Positions 8,637 through 18,287 of a stretch of DNA of 64,000 nucleotides are shown here, piece by piece (position 1 is the first letter of the stretch; each line of letters begins with the position of its first letter). The translations under genes were made by a program, and so were the position numbers. This stretch comes from Chloroflexota bacterium. GTDB taxonomy: Bacteria; Chloroflexota; Dehalococcoidia; UBA2979. The notes under the pieces are model-generated. The model was not told the origin of the DNA. It ran no database searches and worked only from the letters and a program-made list of their open reading frames with translations. The stretch covers positions 1 to 64,000 of the forward strand of contig JAQCIU010000009.1 in the NCBI GenBank assembly GCA_027593235.1, in the 5' to 3' direction.

Positions 8637-9842
8637 CTAGCCGCGCGGCAACCCCAGACCGCGCGTCGCGATCACATTGCGCTGAATCTCCGAGGTGCCA
8701 CCCGCGATCGTTGCGGACACCGTCGCCATGTACATCGTCGCCCAACGGCCGCGCTGCGGCGTGCCCGCGTAGTTACGGTCGCGCAGATCGCCGTACTTCC
8801 CCAGCAGCTTCGTCGCCGTCCGCGCGATGCGCTGACGGAACTCCGAGGAGAACAGCTTCGTCATCGAGGCTTCGTAATTCGGGATCATCCCGTGCGCCTG
8901 CATCGAGATCACCCGCTGCGACAGCGTCTTCGCGACATTCGCCTCGATGTAGCGCTCCGCGAACTCGTGGCGCGGCGCATCCGCCATCGACAGCCGCGAC
9001 CGCCCACTGTTCTTGTCGCGCTCCTCGATCAGGTAGTCCTTCAGCGAGTCCAGCATCTGGAGCTGACCGACCGCCTGACCGATCGAGGACCGCTCGAAGT
9101 CGAGGTGGGTCGCGCCGACGTACCAGCCACGGTTGATCTCGCCGACGGCGTTCGCCGCCGGGACGCGCACGTCCTCGAAGAACGTCTCGTTGAATTCGGC
9201 AGCGTCGTGCATCTGGACCAGCGGCCGCACGGTGATACCCGGCACGTCCATCGGCGAGAGCAGGTAGGTGATACCGCGGTGTTTCGGCGCTTCCGGATCC
9301 GTGCGCGTGAGCATGAAGATCATGTTCGCGACATGGGCGCCACTGGTCCAGATCTTCTGCCCGTTGACGACAAAGTCGTCGCCGTCTCGTACGGCCCGCG
9401 TCTGCAGTGACGCGAGGTCGGACCCCGAGCCGGGCTCGGAGTAGCCCTGACACCACACGGTGTCGCCGGTGATCATGGGGGGCAGGAATTCCTTCTTCTG
9501 CTCCTCGCTGCCGTGAACCATGATCGTCGAGCCGACGTCCGGGACCAGCGGCTTCGGCGCCATCTCCTCGGCGAACGTCTCGTTCATCACGTACTGCTGG
9601 ACCGCGTCCAGCTCGCCGCCGCCGTACTGCTTCGGCCAGGCGGGGGCGACCCAACCCTTCTCGTTCAGCGCGGCGCGCCACTGCTTCATCGCCGTTTCGC
9701 GCTCGCCACCGCGGGCCTCGCGCCGGAACTCTCCGGCCTCGTCGCGTTGCAGCTTCAGCTCCTGAGGCATGCGCTCGCGAATCATCGTCCGCACTTCCTC
9801 GCGGAACGCCGACTGATCGGCGTTATCGGCGAAATCAACCAT
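8637..9842 (-). CDS. acyl-CoA dehydrogenase family protein
   Basis: WCQGYSEPGSGSDLASL, NGQKIWTS, FNETFF, TIAGGTSEIQRNVIA. Confidence 0.95.
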   Translation of the reverse strand: MVDFADNADQSAFREEVRTMIRERMPQELKLQRDEAGEFRREARGGERETAMKQWRAALNEKGWVAPAWPKQYGGGELDAVQQYVMNETFAEEMAPKPLVPDVGSTIMVHGSEEQKKEFLPPMITGDTVWCQGYSEPGSGSDLASLQTRAVRDGDDFVVNGQKIWTSGAHVANMIFMLTRTDPEAPKHRGITYLLSPMDVPGITVRPLVQMHDAAEFNETFFEDVRVPAANAVGEINRGWYVGATHLDFERSSIGQAVGQLQMLDSLKDYLIEERDKNSGRSRLSMADAPRHEFAERYIEANVAKTLSQRVISMQAHGMIPNYEASMTKLFSSEFRQRIARTATKLLGKYGDLRDRNYAGTPQRGRWATMYMATVSATIAGGTSEIQRNVIATRGLGLPRG

Positions 9843-10050
9843 CGGTACGATCCTCCTGCTGCGGGCGACGTCGGCACTGAGCCCTCACGTACGCTCCAGT
9901 TTACGTCAGGGTTACTCATCAGATCACCTGTCGCGACTCGTCGCACCTGAGCCGGCCCGCTCGCTGTGCTACCGTGCCCCGCGCTGGCCCTCGGCGCTTG
10001 CTGCCCGACGCCAGTCAACACCACAACCAGCAGATCGATGGGGGTACCAG

Positions 10051-10956
10051 ATGGCAGGACGACTCGAAGGCAAAGTTGCGATCGTGACCGGCGCGGGACG
10101 CGGCATCGGCCGCGGTGAGGCGCTCGCACTCGCGAAGGAGGGCGCCGCCGTCGTCGTCAACGACCTCGGTGGCTCGACCGCCGGCGAGGGCGCGGACAGC
10201 ACGCCCGCCCAGGACGTCGTAAACGAGATCGAAGCGGCCGGCGGCAAGGCCGTTGCCAACTGCCAGAACGTCACCGACTACGAAGCGTCCAGCGAGATCA
10301 TCAAGCAGGCCCTGGACACCTACGGCCAGCTCGACATCGTCGTGAACAACGCCGGCATCCTCCGCGACCGTATGATTTTCAACATGTCCGAGGAGGAGTG
10401 GGACTCGGTCATCTCCGTCCACCTCAAGGGCACGTTCAACATCAGCAAGCACGCCTCCGTGCTCTTCCGCCAGCAGCGCTCCGGGCGCTTCATCAACACC
10501 GGCTCGGAGTCGGGCCTCGGCAGCCCCGGGCAGCCGAACTACGGCGCGGCGAAGGAAGGCATCACCGCCTTCACCCGCTCGCTCGCGTCCTCGATGTCCC
10601 GCTACGACTGCACCGCCAACTCGATCCGACCGCGCGCGGCGACCCGCATGACCCTCTCACCCGAGATGGAAGCCGCACGCCAGGCCCGCGTCGCCCGAGG
10701 CGAGGGCCGCGACGGTGACGAGGGCGGTGGCGGTCTCGCCTCGCTCGACCCGAACGTCGTCGGCATGTTCGTCTCCTTCCTCGCGTCCGACGCGGCGCAG
10801 CACATCAACGGCGGCGACTTCCTGGTCGGCGGCAACGAGATCGGCATGTTCTCTCGCCCAACCGTCCAGGCGCGCGTCTTCTCGACCGGCGCCAACTGGG
10901 AGCACGACGAGGTCTGGCAGCGCTTCCCCGACACCATCGGGAAGCTGTTCAGCTAG
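10051..10956 (+). CDS. SDR family oxidoreductase (3-hydroxyacyl-CoA dehydrogenase-like)
   Basis: TGAGRGIG, VVVNDLG, NNAGILRD, NYGAAK. Confidence 0.92.
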   Translation: MAGRLEGKVAIVTGAGRGIGRGEALALAKEGAAVVVNDLGGSTAGEGADSTPAQDVVNEIEAAGGKAVANCQNVTDYEASSEIIKQALDTYGQLDIVVNNAGILRDRMIFNMSEEEWDSVISVHLKGTFNISKHASVLFRQQRSGRFINTGSESGLGSPGQPNYGAAKEGITAFTRSLASSMSRYDCTANSIRPRAATRMTLSPEMEAARQARVARGEGRDGDEGGGGLASLDPNVVGMFVSFLASDAAQHINGGDFLVGGNEIGMFSRPTVQARVFSTGANWEHDEVWQRFPDTIGKLFS

Positions 10957-10991
10957 CGGCCACCGCCGCCGGCAAGGGAACGGGGGGCATC

Positions 10992-11738
10992 GTGACGTAT
11001 CGCAGCATCATGGCGGAGGAGATCACCTACCGCGGGCACGAGGCCGAGCAGATCCAGGCCTACCTGGCCCGACCGCTCGGCGACGGCCCGTTCGGCTCGG
11101 TGATCGTCATCCACCACATGCCGGGCTGGGACGCGGGGATTATGGAAATCACCCGCAAGTTCGCCCACTTCGGATACAACGCGATCGCCCCCAACCTCTA
11201 CACCCGCTTCGGCACCGGCGACGCGGACGAGGTGGCGGCCGTCGCCCGCGCCGCGGGCGGTACACCGGACGCCACCTTCGTCGGCGACATGGCCGGCGCC
11301 GCGGACTACTTGCGGATGATGCCGGCCGCCAACGGCAAGGTCGGCGTGATCGGCTTCTGCTCCGGTGGACGGCACGCCGTCCTCGCCGCCTCGCACCTCC
11401 CCGACCTCGATGCCGCCGTCGACTGCTGGGGTGGTCGCGTGATCGCCGCGCCGGATCAACTCGACGAACGCCACCCCGTGGCGCCGTTCGACCTGACCCC
11501 GCAACTCAACGTTCCGCTGCTCGGCATCTTCGGCAACGACGATCGCAGTCCAACACCGGAGCAGGTCGATCAACACGAAGCCGAGCTGAAAAAGCACGGC
11601 AAGACCTACGAGTTCCATCGTTACGACGGCGCCGGCCACGGCTTCTTCTCCGTGAACCGTCCCGCCTATCGCCCGGAGCAAGCCACCGAGGCCTGGGGCG
11701 AGGTCTTCACCTGGTTCGGGCGCTACCTCAGCGCCTGA
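10992..11738 (+). CDS. dienelactone hydrolase family protein
   Basis: GFCSGG nucleophile motif and AGHGF. Confidence 0.9.
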   Translation: MTYRSIMAEEITYRGHEAEQIQAYLARPLGDGPFGSVIVIHHMPGWDAGIMEITRKFAHFGYNAIAPNLYTRFGTGDADEVAAVARAAGGTPDATFVGDMAGAADYLRMMPAANGKVGVIGFCSGGRHAVLAASHLPDLDAAVDCWGGRVIAAPDQLDERHPVAPFDLTPQLNVPLLGIFGNDDRSPTPEQVDQHEAELKKHGKTYEFHRYDGAGHGFFSVNRPAYRPEQATEAWGEVFTWFGRYLSA

Positions 11739-11769
11739 CGGCAACGAACATCCGAGGCGGGAGCAACCC

Positions 11770-12060
11770 ATGTGCACCTGGATCGTCGAGCGAACCCCGG
11801 TTGATGGCAGCGCGAAGGGACCCAACGGCTGGTTCGAGCTGAACCAGGCGAACGTCTACTACGACCACCCGTACCACGCGCCGCTGGACCATGCGCTCAT
11901 CATCGATTTCGTCGAAACGCCTGATCAGGTGGGCAATCGTGTCGCCGTCGAGCTCAGCGAGGCTGCCGCCCGCCGCCTCGTCGCCAGCATCCTCGCCGCC
12001 CTCGAATCTGGCGAGGAAGGCCACCCAACCCGTGTCGAGGTCAGCGCCGCGACCGCCTAG
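11770..12060 (+). CDS. small conserved protein (DUF6295-like) cotranscribed with the hydrolase
   Basis: MCT..., GSAKG..GW, YYDHPYHAPLDHAL.IDF, RVAVELS; GGGAG RBS. Confidence 0.75.
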   Translation: MCTWIVERTPVDGSAKGPNGWFELNQANVYYDHPYHAPLDHALIIDFVETPDQVGNRVAVELSEAAARRLVASILAALESGEEGHPTRVEVSAATA

Positions 12061-12135
12061 CCAGCGCCGTCCCTCTTCGCTCCAGTGCGGGTCTCCCCTC
12101 GCGTCCGTCCGCGTTTCGCGCCCGATAATCCGGGC

Positions 12136-12906
12136 ATGGACAACGCCTCTCCTCACCAGCTCGCCGCTGCCCTCGCTGGTGGCGAACTCGTGCTGCACTA
12201 CCAACCGATCGTCGACGCCGAGAGCGGCGCCGTCCGCGCCATCGAGGCGCTCGCCCACTGGCGTTCGGCAGACCACGAGGTCCGATCCGCCGCGTGGCTT
12301 TCGGATCGCCTTGGCGACCGCGCCACGCTGCTTCAAGCCTTCGATCGCGCCGTCATCAAAGTGGCACTCGAGGACCGCGCGGCGTTCCCGTTGCTCGGCG
12401 CCGCGAGGCTCTCAATCGCCCAGCACCGCCGCAGCATCTCGATGGACGCTGTCCGCGCCTTCGTCGATTCCTGCGCAAGCCGCGACGGCGGCCCCATCGC
12501 CGTCGCACTCCGTGAGCAGCTCGACACCGCCCAGCTCGCGGCGATGCCCGCTCTCGCCGAGGAACTCGCCGACGCCGGCATCGAGGTCTGGCACGACGAC
12601 TTCGGCAGCGGCGAGCGCACGCTCGCACACCTGATTGCGCTCCCCTCGACGGTCGTCAAGCTCTGCCCGGAGCTTGCCGCGGACGGCGTCGCCTCGGCGC
12701 GCGTCCGCCGCCACGTCCGCTCCGTGATCGCGATGCTCCAGAATCTCGGCAAGACAGTCATCGCCGAGGGCGTCGCGAACGCCGCTTCGGCCGACTGGCT
12801 CACCGACGCCGGCACCGACTGGCTCCAGGGCCACCAGGTTTCCCGCCCCGGCACCGCCGCCGAGATCGCCGGCTGGCTCGAGGAACACAACGACCTCGCC
12901 GCCTGA
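12136..12906 (+). CDS. stand-alone EAL domain protein (possibly degenerate c-di-GMP phosphodiesterase)
   Basis: LHYQPIV, EAL, DDFGSG, VKL, AEGV, LQGH. Confidence 0.85.
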   Translation: MDNASPHQLAAALAGGELVLHYQPIVDAESGAVRAIEALAHWRSADHEVRSAAWLSDRLGDRATLLQAFDRAVIKVALEDRAAFPLLGAARLSIAQHRRSISMDAVRAFVDSCASRDGGPIAVALREQLDTAQLAAMPALAEELADAGIEVWHDDFGSGERTLAHLIALPSTVVKLCPELAADGVASARVRRHVRSVIAMLQNLGKTVIAEGVANAASADWLTDAGTDWLQGHQVSRPGTAAEIAGWLEEHNDLAA

Positions 12907-12918
12907 CTGTCGCCCTCG

Positions 12919-13935
12919 CTAGCGCACCTTGTCCGCGAAGAAATCCCAGATCGCGCTCGACGCATCGAGGTCCCGGCTCGGATCCGAGCGGAGCGGACCG
13001 GTCGGTGCCCCGCCCGCCCAGGCGTGCGTCGCCCCGGCCACTACCTGCGTCTCCACCACGACACCCTCGGCGCACCCGTCCCACCTCGAGGTGGTGACCG
13101 CGCCCTCGACGGTGGCGCGCGGCGTGGTGTCGCAGCCGTTCAGCGCCGCCCACGTCGCGGCGGTCGCCGCCAGCGAGGTGTAGTCGGTATCCGTGAGCGC
13201 GCGCGGGCCGTTACCGCCGCCGATCGGGATGTTCTCGTCCGCGTCCCCGTGGATATTGAGCACCGAAATCGGCTCCGAGGGCGTACAGGACGTCTGCAGC
13301 GGCCCGGAGTAGACCGCAATCGCCGCGATCAGATCGGGCAGCTCGCACGCCAGCCGCTGCGCCATCATCGCCCCGTTCGAATGCCCGGCGACGTACACGC
13401 GGTCCTGATCGATCGGGTACGAAGCTCCGAGCTGGGCGATCAGCGCCGCAATGAACCCGACGTCATCAACCTGCTCCTTCATCGCCGTCCCGCAGCAGCC
13501 GCCGGCGTTCCAGGTACGTGCCTCAAGGAGCCGCCCGCGCTCGATGCCGTCCGGATAGACCGCGATGAACCCGCCGCGCTCCGCCTGCTCGTCGAAGTAG
13601 GCGTCGGCAGCAAACTGCCCGCCCGATCCGAGGCCACCGTGGAGACCGAGGACCAACGGCACCTCGCCGGTTTGCGCGAGCGAGGCGGGGACGTACACCC
13701 GCCACTCCCTCGTGCGTCCGCCGACCTCGAGGGAGTCGCGGGTCGCGCCCGGAACCGGACGGCCGGTCGCGGCCGGCGGGGCGTCGGAGCTGCCAGTGGT
13801 GGCGCTCGCCTCGGGAGCCGCGGGCGCGGATCGGTCGGTGTTGCGCAGCACGGCGCCGAGAACCAGCAGCACGAGGACGGCAACCCCGACCCAGGCGAGC
13901 CATCCTCGAACGCTGCTTGGACGACCAATGTTCAT
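12919..13935 (-). CDS. membrane-anchored/secreted esterase (PHB depolymerase/LpqC family)
   Basis: LHGG, WNAGGCC, DDVGF, GHSNGA, IHGDAD, HAW. Confidence 0.88.
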   Translation of the reverse strand: MNIGRPSSVRGWLAWVGVAVLVLLVLGAVLRNTDRSAPAAPEASATTGSSDAPPAATGRPVPGATRDSLEVGGRTREWRVYVPASLAQTGEVPLVLGLHGGLGSGGQFAADAYFDEQAERGGFIAVYPDGIERGRLLEARTWNAGGCCGTAMKEQVDDVGFIAALIAQLGASYPIDQDRVYVAGHSNGAMMAQRLACELPDLIAAIAVYSGPLQTSCTPSEPISVLNIHGDADENIPIGGGNGPRALTDTDYTSLAATAATWAALNGCDTTPRATVEGAVTTSRWDGCAEGVVVETQVVAGATHAWAGGAPTGPLRSDPSRDLDASSAIWDFFADKVR

Positions 13936-14078
13936 CTGAAGACTGTCGAATCGTTCCCCGGGTTCGTGTACCGGCGGTAGCCCTGAGCGTACGCTGGAGG
14001 TCACATGCCTCGGACATCGATCCGCGGAGGGTGAAGCCGATGTGCGCACCAGATCCCAGCCAGCCTCGCCAGTCGCCA

Positions 14079-14213
14079 ATGCACGTCATCGCCAACTGGC
14101 GCTCCTACGAGGGGCCGTTCCACGAGAAGCTGCGGCTCGCTGCTCGGAACACCTGGACGAAGGTCCGCACACGATCGAACTGTTGCGGGAACTACGGCGA
14201 ACCCGGCTGCTGA
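14079..14213 (+). CDS. 44-aa small Cys-rich protein
   Basis: MHVIANWRSYEGPFHEKLRLAARNTWTKVRTRSNCCGNYGEPGC; fills an intergenic gap with typical codon usage. Confidence 0.65.
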   Translation: MHVIANWRSYEGPFHEKLRLAARNTWTKVRTRSNCCGNYGEPGC

Positions 14214-14302
14214 GCACCCGCACATGAGCCGTCCGGTTCGGACGGCCCCAACGACCAGCCCACCGCCTGAACGACCGGCCTCGAAGGCTTCGACATCGAG
14301 GG

Positions 14303-15601
14303 CTAGGGCGACGCGCTCTCGGCGGCGATGCCGGCGGCAATTCGCCGTTCGGGATGGCCGAGCGTGACCGCGAGGATCGAGAGCACGGGCAGCGTCGCCA
14401 TCACGATCACGCCGAAGTCGTAGCTCCCGGTCAGCCGGTGCATCAGCGCCAGCGGTAGCGGCCCAATCGCCGCGCCGGTGATTCCAACCATGGTCGCTGA
14501 GCCCTGCACGCGCCCCAGGCCAACCCGTCCGTAGTAGTGCGCCCAGATCACGCCCTGCACGATTCGCTGCGTCCCGCCGGTCATTCCCATGCCAACCACG
14601 TAGACGAGCGCCATCCAGATTGAGTTCAACACCAGCGCAAGCAGGCAGACGGTCATCAGGCCGACCATCGCCACCATGAACAGCCGCGCCGGTCCGATCC
14701 GGTCGACGAGGAATCCCGCCGCCATCGAGGTCGATGCCGACGCGATCGCGAACACGACGAACACCGCCGCCGCCGTCGTCGCGCTGAGCCCGTTCTCCTC
14801 GAAGATCGAGGTCTGGTGGAACACCAGCGCCGTGACAACCAGGCCCGGCGTCGCCAACGGGATCGCCAGCATCCAGAAACCGAGCGAGGTCAGCACCCGA
14901 CGGCGCGCCGCCACCGCGGGATCGTAGCCAACCGCCCGCTCGGTCAACGGAGCCTCGTCCGCGCCATCCGGGTGGAGGCCCATGTCCTCCGGGCGATTGC
15001 GGACCAGGAAGATCGCCGGCGGGATCACCAGCAGCATGACGATGATGCCGAGCACGCCATAAGCCTCGCGCCAGCCGATCGTGTCGATCAGGAAGCGCGC
15101 CAGCGGCGGGAGCACCGCGTTGGAGAGCGGGAAGCCAAGGCCCATCACCGCGATCGCGCGACCGCGCTTCGTGACGAACCACTGGTTCACCATCAGCGTG
15201 GCGTTGATCGTCAGCGAGCCCTGTCCCAGCGCGCGCAGCCCAGCGAACGACACGTAGAACGCGGCGAGCCCGGCCGAAAAGGCCATACCGAAGCAGGCCG
15301 CGCCGAAGGCGACACCAACGAGGATCAGGTTCGAGCGTGCGCCCCAGCGATCCGCCATGCGGCTGATCACGGCAACCATCAGTGCGGAGACGCCAGTGCT
15401 CACGGTGTAGAGCGCAGAGATCGTGGAACGCGAGAACCCGGTGTCGTCGATCATCGAGTCGATGAAGACCGAGAAGACGAACGACTGACCCGGACCGCTG
15501 CTGAACGCGACCAGCGCGCCCACGCCGACGATCACCCACCCGTAGTAGAACCGCCCCCCACCGAGGGGCTCACGAGACGGTGTGAGAGCGTCGGTCGGCA
15601 C
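14303..15601 (-). CDS. MFS transporter
   Basis: FYYGW N-terminus, SGPGQSF, ADRWGAR, WFVTKRGRA; about 12 TM segments. Confidence 0.9.
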   Translation of the reverse strand: MPTDALTPSREPLGGGRFYYGWVIVGVGALVAFSSGPGQSFVFSVFIDSMIDDTGFSRSTISALYTVSTGVSALMVAVISRMADRWGARSNLILVGVAFGAACFGMAFSAGLAAFYVSFAGLRALGQGSLTINATLMVNQWFVTKRGRAIAVMGLGFPLSNAVLPPLARFLIDTIGWREAYGVLGIIVMLLVIPPAIFLVRNRPEDMGLHPDGADEAPLTERAVGYDPAVAARRRVLTSLGFWMLAIPLATPGLVVTALVFHQTSIFEENGLSATTAAAVFVVFAIASASTSMAAGFLVDRIGPARLFMVAMVGLMTVCLLALVLNSIWMALVYVVGMGMTGGTQRIVQGVIWAHYYGRVGLGRVQGSATMVGITGAAIGPLPLALMHRLTGSYDFGVIVMATLPVLSILAVTLGHPERRIAAGIAAESASP

Positions 15602-15709
15602 GCGGCCCTTTCGACAGGAGGCTGGACGCGAAGCGCACAGCCTAGGCGCTCGCCCGTCGAGGGGGAACGCGGGCGCCGCGGCACCCCGGTCGCGCGCTGC
15701 CCTCGAGGG

Positions 15710-16948
15710 CTAGCCGCCGGTGCTCTGCTGCGCGGACGGATTGGCCTCGGTGCGTGGCGCGCGACCCGATAGCCCCAACACCACCGCCGCGGTGACCGTC
15801 CCGACGAGGGCGATCACGATCGTTGGGCCTCGGCTACCGGAGGTCTCCGCGATGATCCCCGCGACCAGCGGACCGGCCGCGCCACCGAGGCCGCCGATCA
15901 TCCGCTCGGTCCCCATCAACGTCGCGACCCGGTTCAGCGGCACCAACTCGTGCGCGTAGATCGCCGCCATCGGCGACCAGATACCGATCGCGATTCCCGC
16001 GATCACCACGTAAACGAGGGCGATCGCGATGTTCCCACTGAACGCGAGCAGTACCGCCCCGACCCCGGCCAGCAGATACGTACCAACCAGCACGCGCTTC
16101 GTCCCGAACCGCGGCAGCACCGGAATGACCCCAGCGCGCCCGGCGAACTGGGCAAACCCGCGAACGCCGGAGATCGAAGCCGCCGTACTCAACGACAGTC
16201 CCGCGCCGACCATGAGCGGCACCTGGTAGACCATCATCGTGCTCAGCCCGATCCCACCGATGAACGAGGCGGTGAGCAGCCCTCGTGCAACCGGATCGCG
16301 TAGCGCCTGCCGTACCGAGGGCGCCGGCCCGGACGGCCGGCTGATCCGCCCGCCCCCGCGCAGCGCCAGCGACGCGACGATGAAGCCACCGGCCGACACC
16401 GCCGCCAGCACGACAATCGTCGTGCGCCAATCGGTCGCCTCGACGAGGAAGCCCGTCGCCGGCAGGTAGATCGGCCCGGCAAACGCGCCGTAGAGCGTCA
16501 GCAGCATGATTGCGCGCGCCGGGTTCGCCGGCGCGATCTTCGCGGTCGCCGCCTGCGTCACGTGGTAGAACCCGGACGCCGAAAGCAGCCCACCGCCGAG
16601 GGCGTACGTGACGAAGAACAGGAACTGGTTGGTCATCGCCGCCGACGCGGCGAACAGCGCGCAGCCTGCCAGTCCGCCAAACAGCATCACCGGTCGTGCA
16701 CCAATGAGATCGATCAGCCGACCGGCCTGCGCGGCGCCCAACGCGCCGATCAGCGCCGTCGCCGAGAACGACGCCGTGACCAGCGCTTCCGACCAGCCCG
16801 TGTCATCGAGGATCGGTCCCAGCAGCACGCCGAAGGCGTAGAAGCCCGCGCCATACGCGGCGATCGTCACGAGGCCTAGCGCGGCAATCGCCAGGTGCGG
16901 GACGCGCGGCTTTCCCGGCTCGCCCGGAATCTCGGTCGCTTCGGCCAT
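15710..16948 (-). CDS. MFS transporter
   Basis: GRLIDLIGAR motif A; about 12 TM segments. Confidence 0.88.
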   Translation of the reverse strand: MAEATEIPGEPGKPRVPHLAIAALGLVTIAAYGAGFYAFGVLLGPILDDTGWSEALVTASFSATALIGALGAAQAGRLIDLIGARPVMLFGGLAGCALFAASAAMTNQFLFFVTYALGGGLLSASGFYHVTQAATAKIAPANPARAIMLLTLYGAFAGPIYLPATGFLVEATDWRTTIVVLAAVSAGGFIVASLALRGGGRISRPSGPAPSVRQALRDPVARGLLTASFIGGIGLSTMMVYQVPLMVGAGLSLSTAASISGVRGFAQFAGRAGVIPVLPRFGTKRVLVGTYLLAGVGAVLLAFSGNIAIALVYVVIAGIAIGIWSPMAAIYAHELVPLNRVATLMGTERMIGGLGGAAGPLVAGIIAETSGSRGPTIVIALVGTVTAAVVLGLSGRAPRTEANPSAQQSTGG

Positions 16949-17064
16949 CGACTCCCCGATCGTTGCGCGAGTCTACGGCTGAGCGGCACCGCCTGCTGTC
17001 AGCTTCCGGTGGCCCGTACTATGACCGCCCGAACAACCACGCCCTGCAGCGCGAAGGCTCCCCG

Positions 17065-17496
17065 ATGTCCCTCTATATGACCCGCGACGAGCGCGAGGCC
17101 TTCCTCGCCGAGCTCCACATCGGCGTCCTCGCCATCAACGAGGCGGGCGCCGGTCCCTCCGCCGCCCCCATCTGGTACCTCTACGAACCCGGCGGCGACA
17201 TCGAGTTCTCGATGAGCGGCACCTCGCGCAAGGCGAAGCTGCTCGAGGTGGGGTCGCGGGTCACGCTGGTCGCCCAGCGAGAAACGAACCCACCCGGCTA
17301 CGTCAGCGTCGAGGGCGTCGTCACCAGCATCGGCGATCGCACGACCCTCGAGTTCCTCAAGCGCCTGTACGGGCGCTACCTCGGTGCAGCGGAGGCCGAG
17401 CGGCGACTCGCGGCGATGGGCGACAGCGAGAGTAGCTCCGTGCTCCTCCGCGTGCGGCCGGAGCACTGGCGCACGACCGACTACCGGAAGCGCTAG
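17065..17496 (+). CDS. pyridoxamine 5'-phosphate oxidase-like (split beta-barrel, possibly F420-dependent) protein
   Basis: MTRDEREAFLAELHIGVL, PIWY, SRKA, YVSVEG, PEHW..TDY. Confidence 0.85.
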   Translation: MSLYMTRDEREAFLAELHIGVLAINEAGAGPSAAPIWYLYEPGGDIEFSMSGTSRKAKLLEVGSRVTLVAQRETNPPGYVSVEGVVTSIGDRTTLEFLKRLYGRYLGAAEAERRLAAMGDSESSSVLLRVRPEHWRTTDYRKR

Positions 17497-17553
17497 CGGC
17501 TGTCCCCAGCCTCACCGGCTGGCGCCCGCCTCGATAACCGGTAGGATCACGGC

Positions 17554-17748
17554 ATGCCGTTGACCCGCTGCCATTTCTGCTCCGCCCAGCCACTTCGCGA
17601 GGTCGCCGTGTCCCGCTGGCGCGACGACCCCGATGATCGCGAGCGCCTCACGATCGAGCTGTGCGCGAAGCACTTTCGCCGCGTCAACAACGCCGGCATC
17701 CGCGGGCACAAGCACCTCGGACAGTTCTACAAAACCGGGTTCTGGTAG
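17554..17748 (+). CDS. small putative zinc-binding protein
   Basis: CHFC ... LCAKH in 64 aa; sits between two co-oriented genes. Confidence 0.65.
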   Translation: MPLTRCHFCSAQPLREVAVSRWRDDPDDRERLTIELCAKHFRRVNNAGIRGHKHLGQFYKTGFW

Positions 17749-17759
17749 CGCCTTCCGGG

Positions 17760-18230
17760 ATGCCGTCGTCCGGTGCGCCGTTGACCCTCCGCCTGGCCAC
17801 CACCGAAGACTTCCCCGCCGTGCGCCGCTGCGTTGATGCCGCCTACCGCAATTACATTGGACGCATTGGGCGCCAGCCCGCTCCGATGACCGCCGACTAC
17901 CCGGCGCTGATCGCCCGAGACGCCGTCCACATCGCCGAGGACCCCGACGGATCCGCCGCGGTCGCCGTCTTCTGGCGCGAAGCGGATCATCTCTACATCG
18001 ACAACCTCGCCGTCCGGCCCGAACGCCAGGGCGAGGGGATCGGCTCGCGACTCATCGAGGCGTGCGAAGCACACGCTCGCTCGCTCGGGCTCACCGAGTT
18101 ACGGCTCTACACCAACGAGGCGATGACCGAGAACCTGGCCTTCTACCCACGACGCGGGTTCGTCGAGACTCGACGCGGCGGCGAGGACGGCTTCCGCCGC
18201 GTCTACTTCAGCAAGCAACTCGCCGGCTAG
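17760..18230 (+). CDS. GNAT family N-acetyltransferase
   Basis: LAVRPERQGEGIGSRL, LYTNEAMTENLAFY...GF. Confidence 0.9.
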   Translation: MPSSGAPLTLRLATTEDFPAVRRCVDAAYRNYIGRIGRQPAPMTADYPALIARDAVHIAEDPDGSAAVAVFWREADHLYIDNLAVRPERQGEGIGSRLIEACEAHARSLGLTELRLYTNEAMTENLAFYPRRGFVETRRGGEDGFRRVYFSKQLAG

Positions 18231-18287
18231 CGCGCCCGCGACGTCTGCCGAGCGATAATCCCTGCGGACCGCCTCGCCTGCCGAGCG

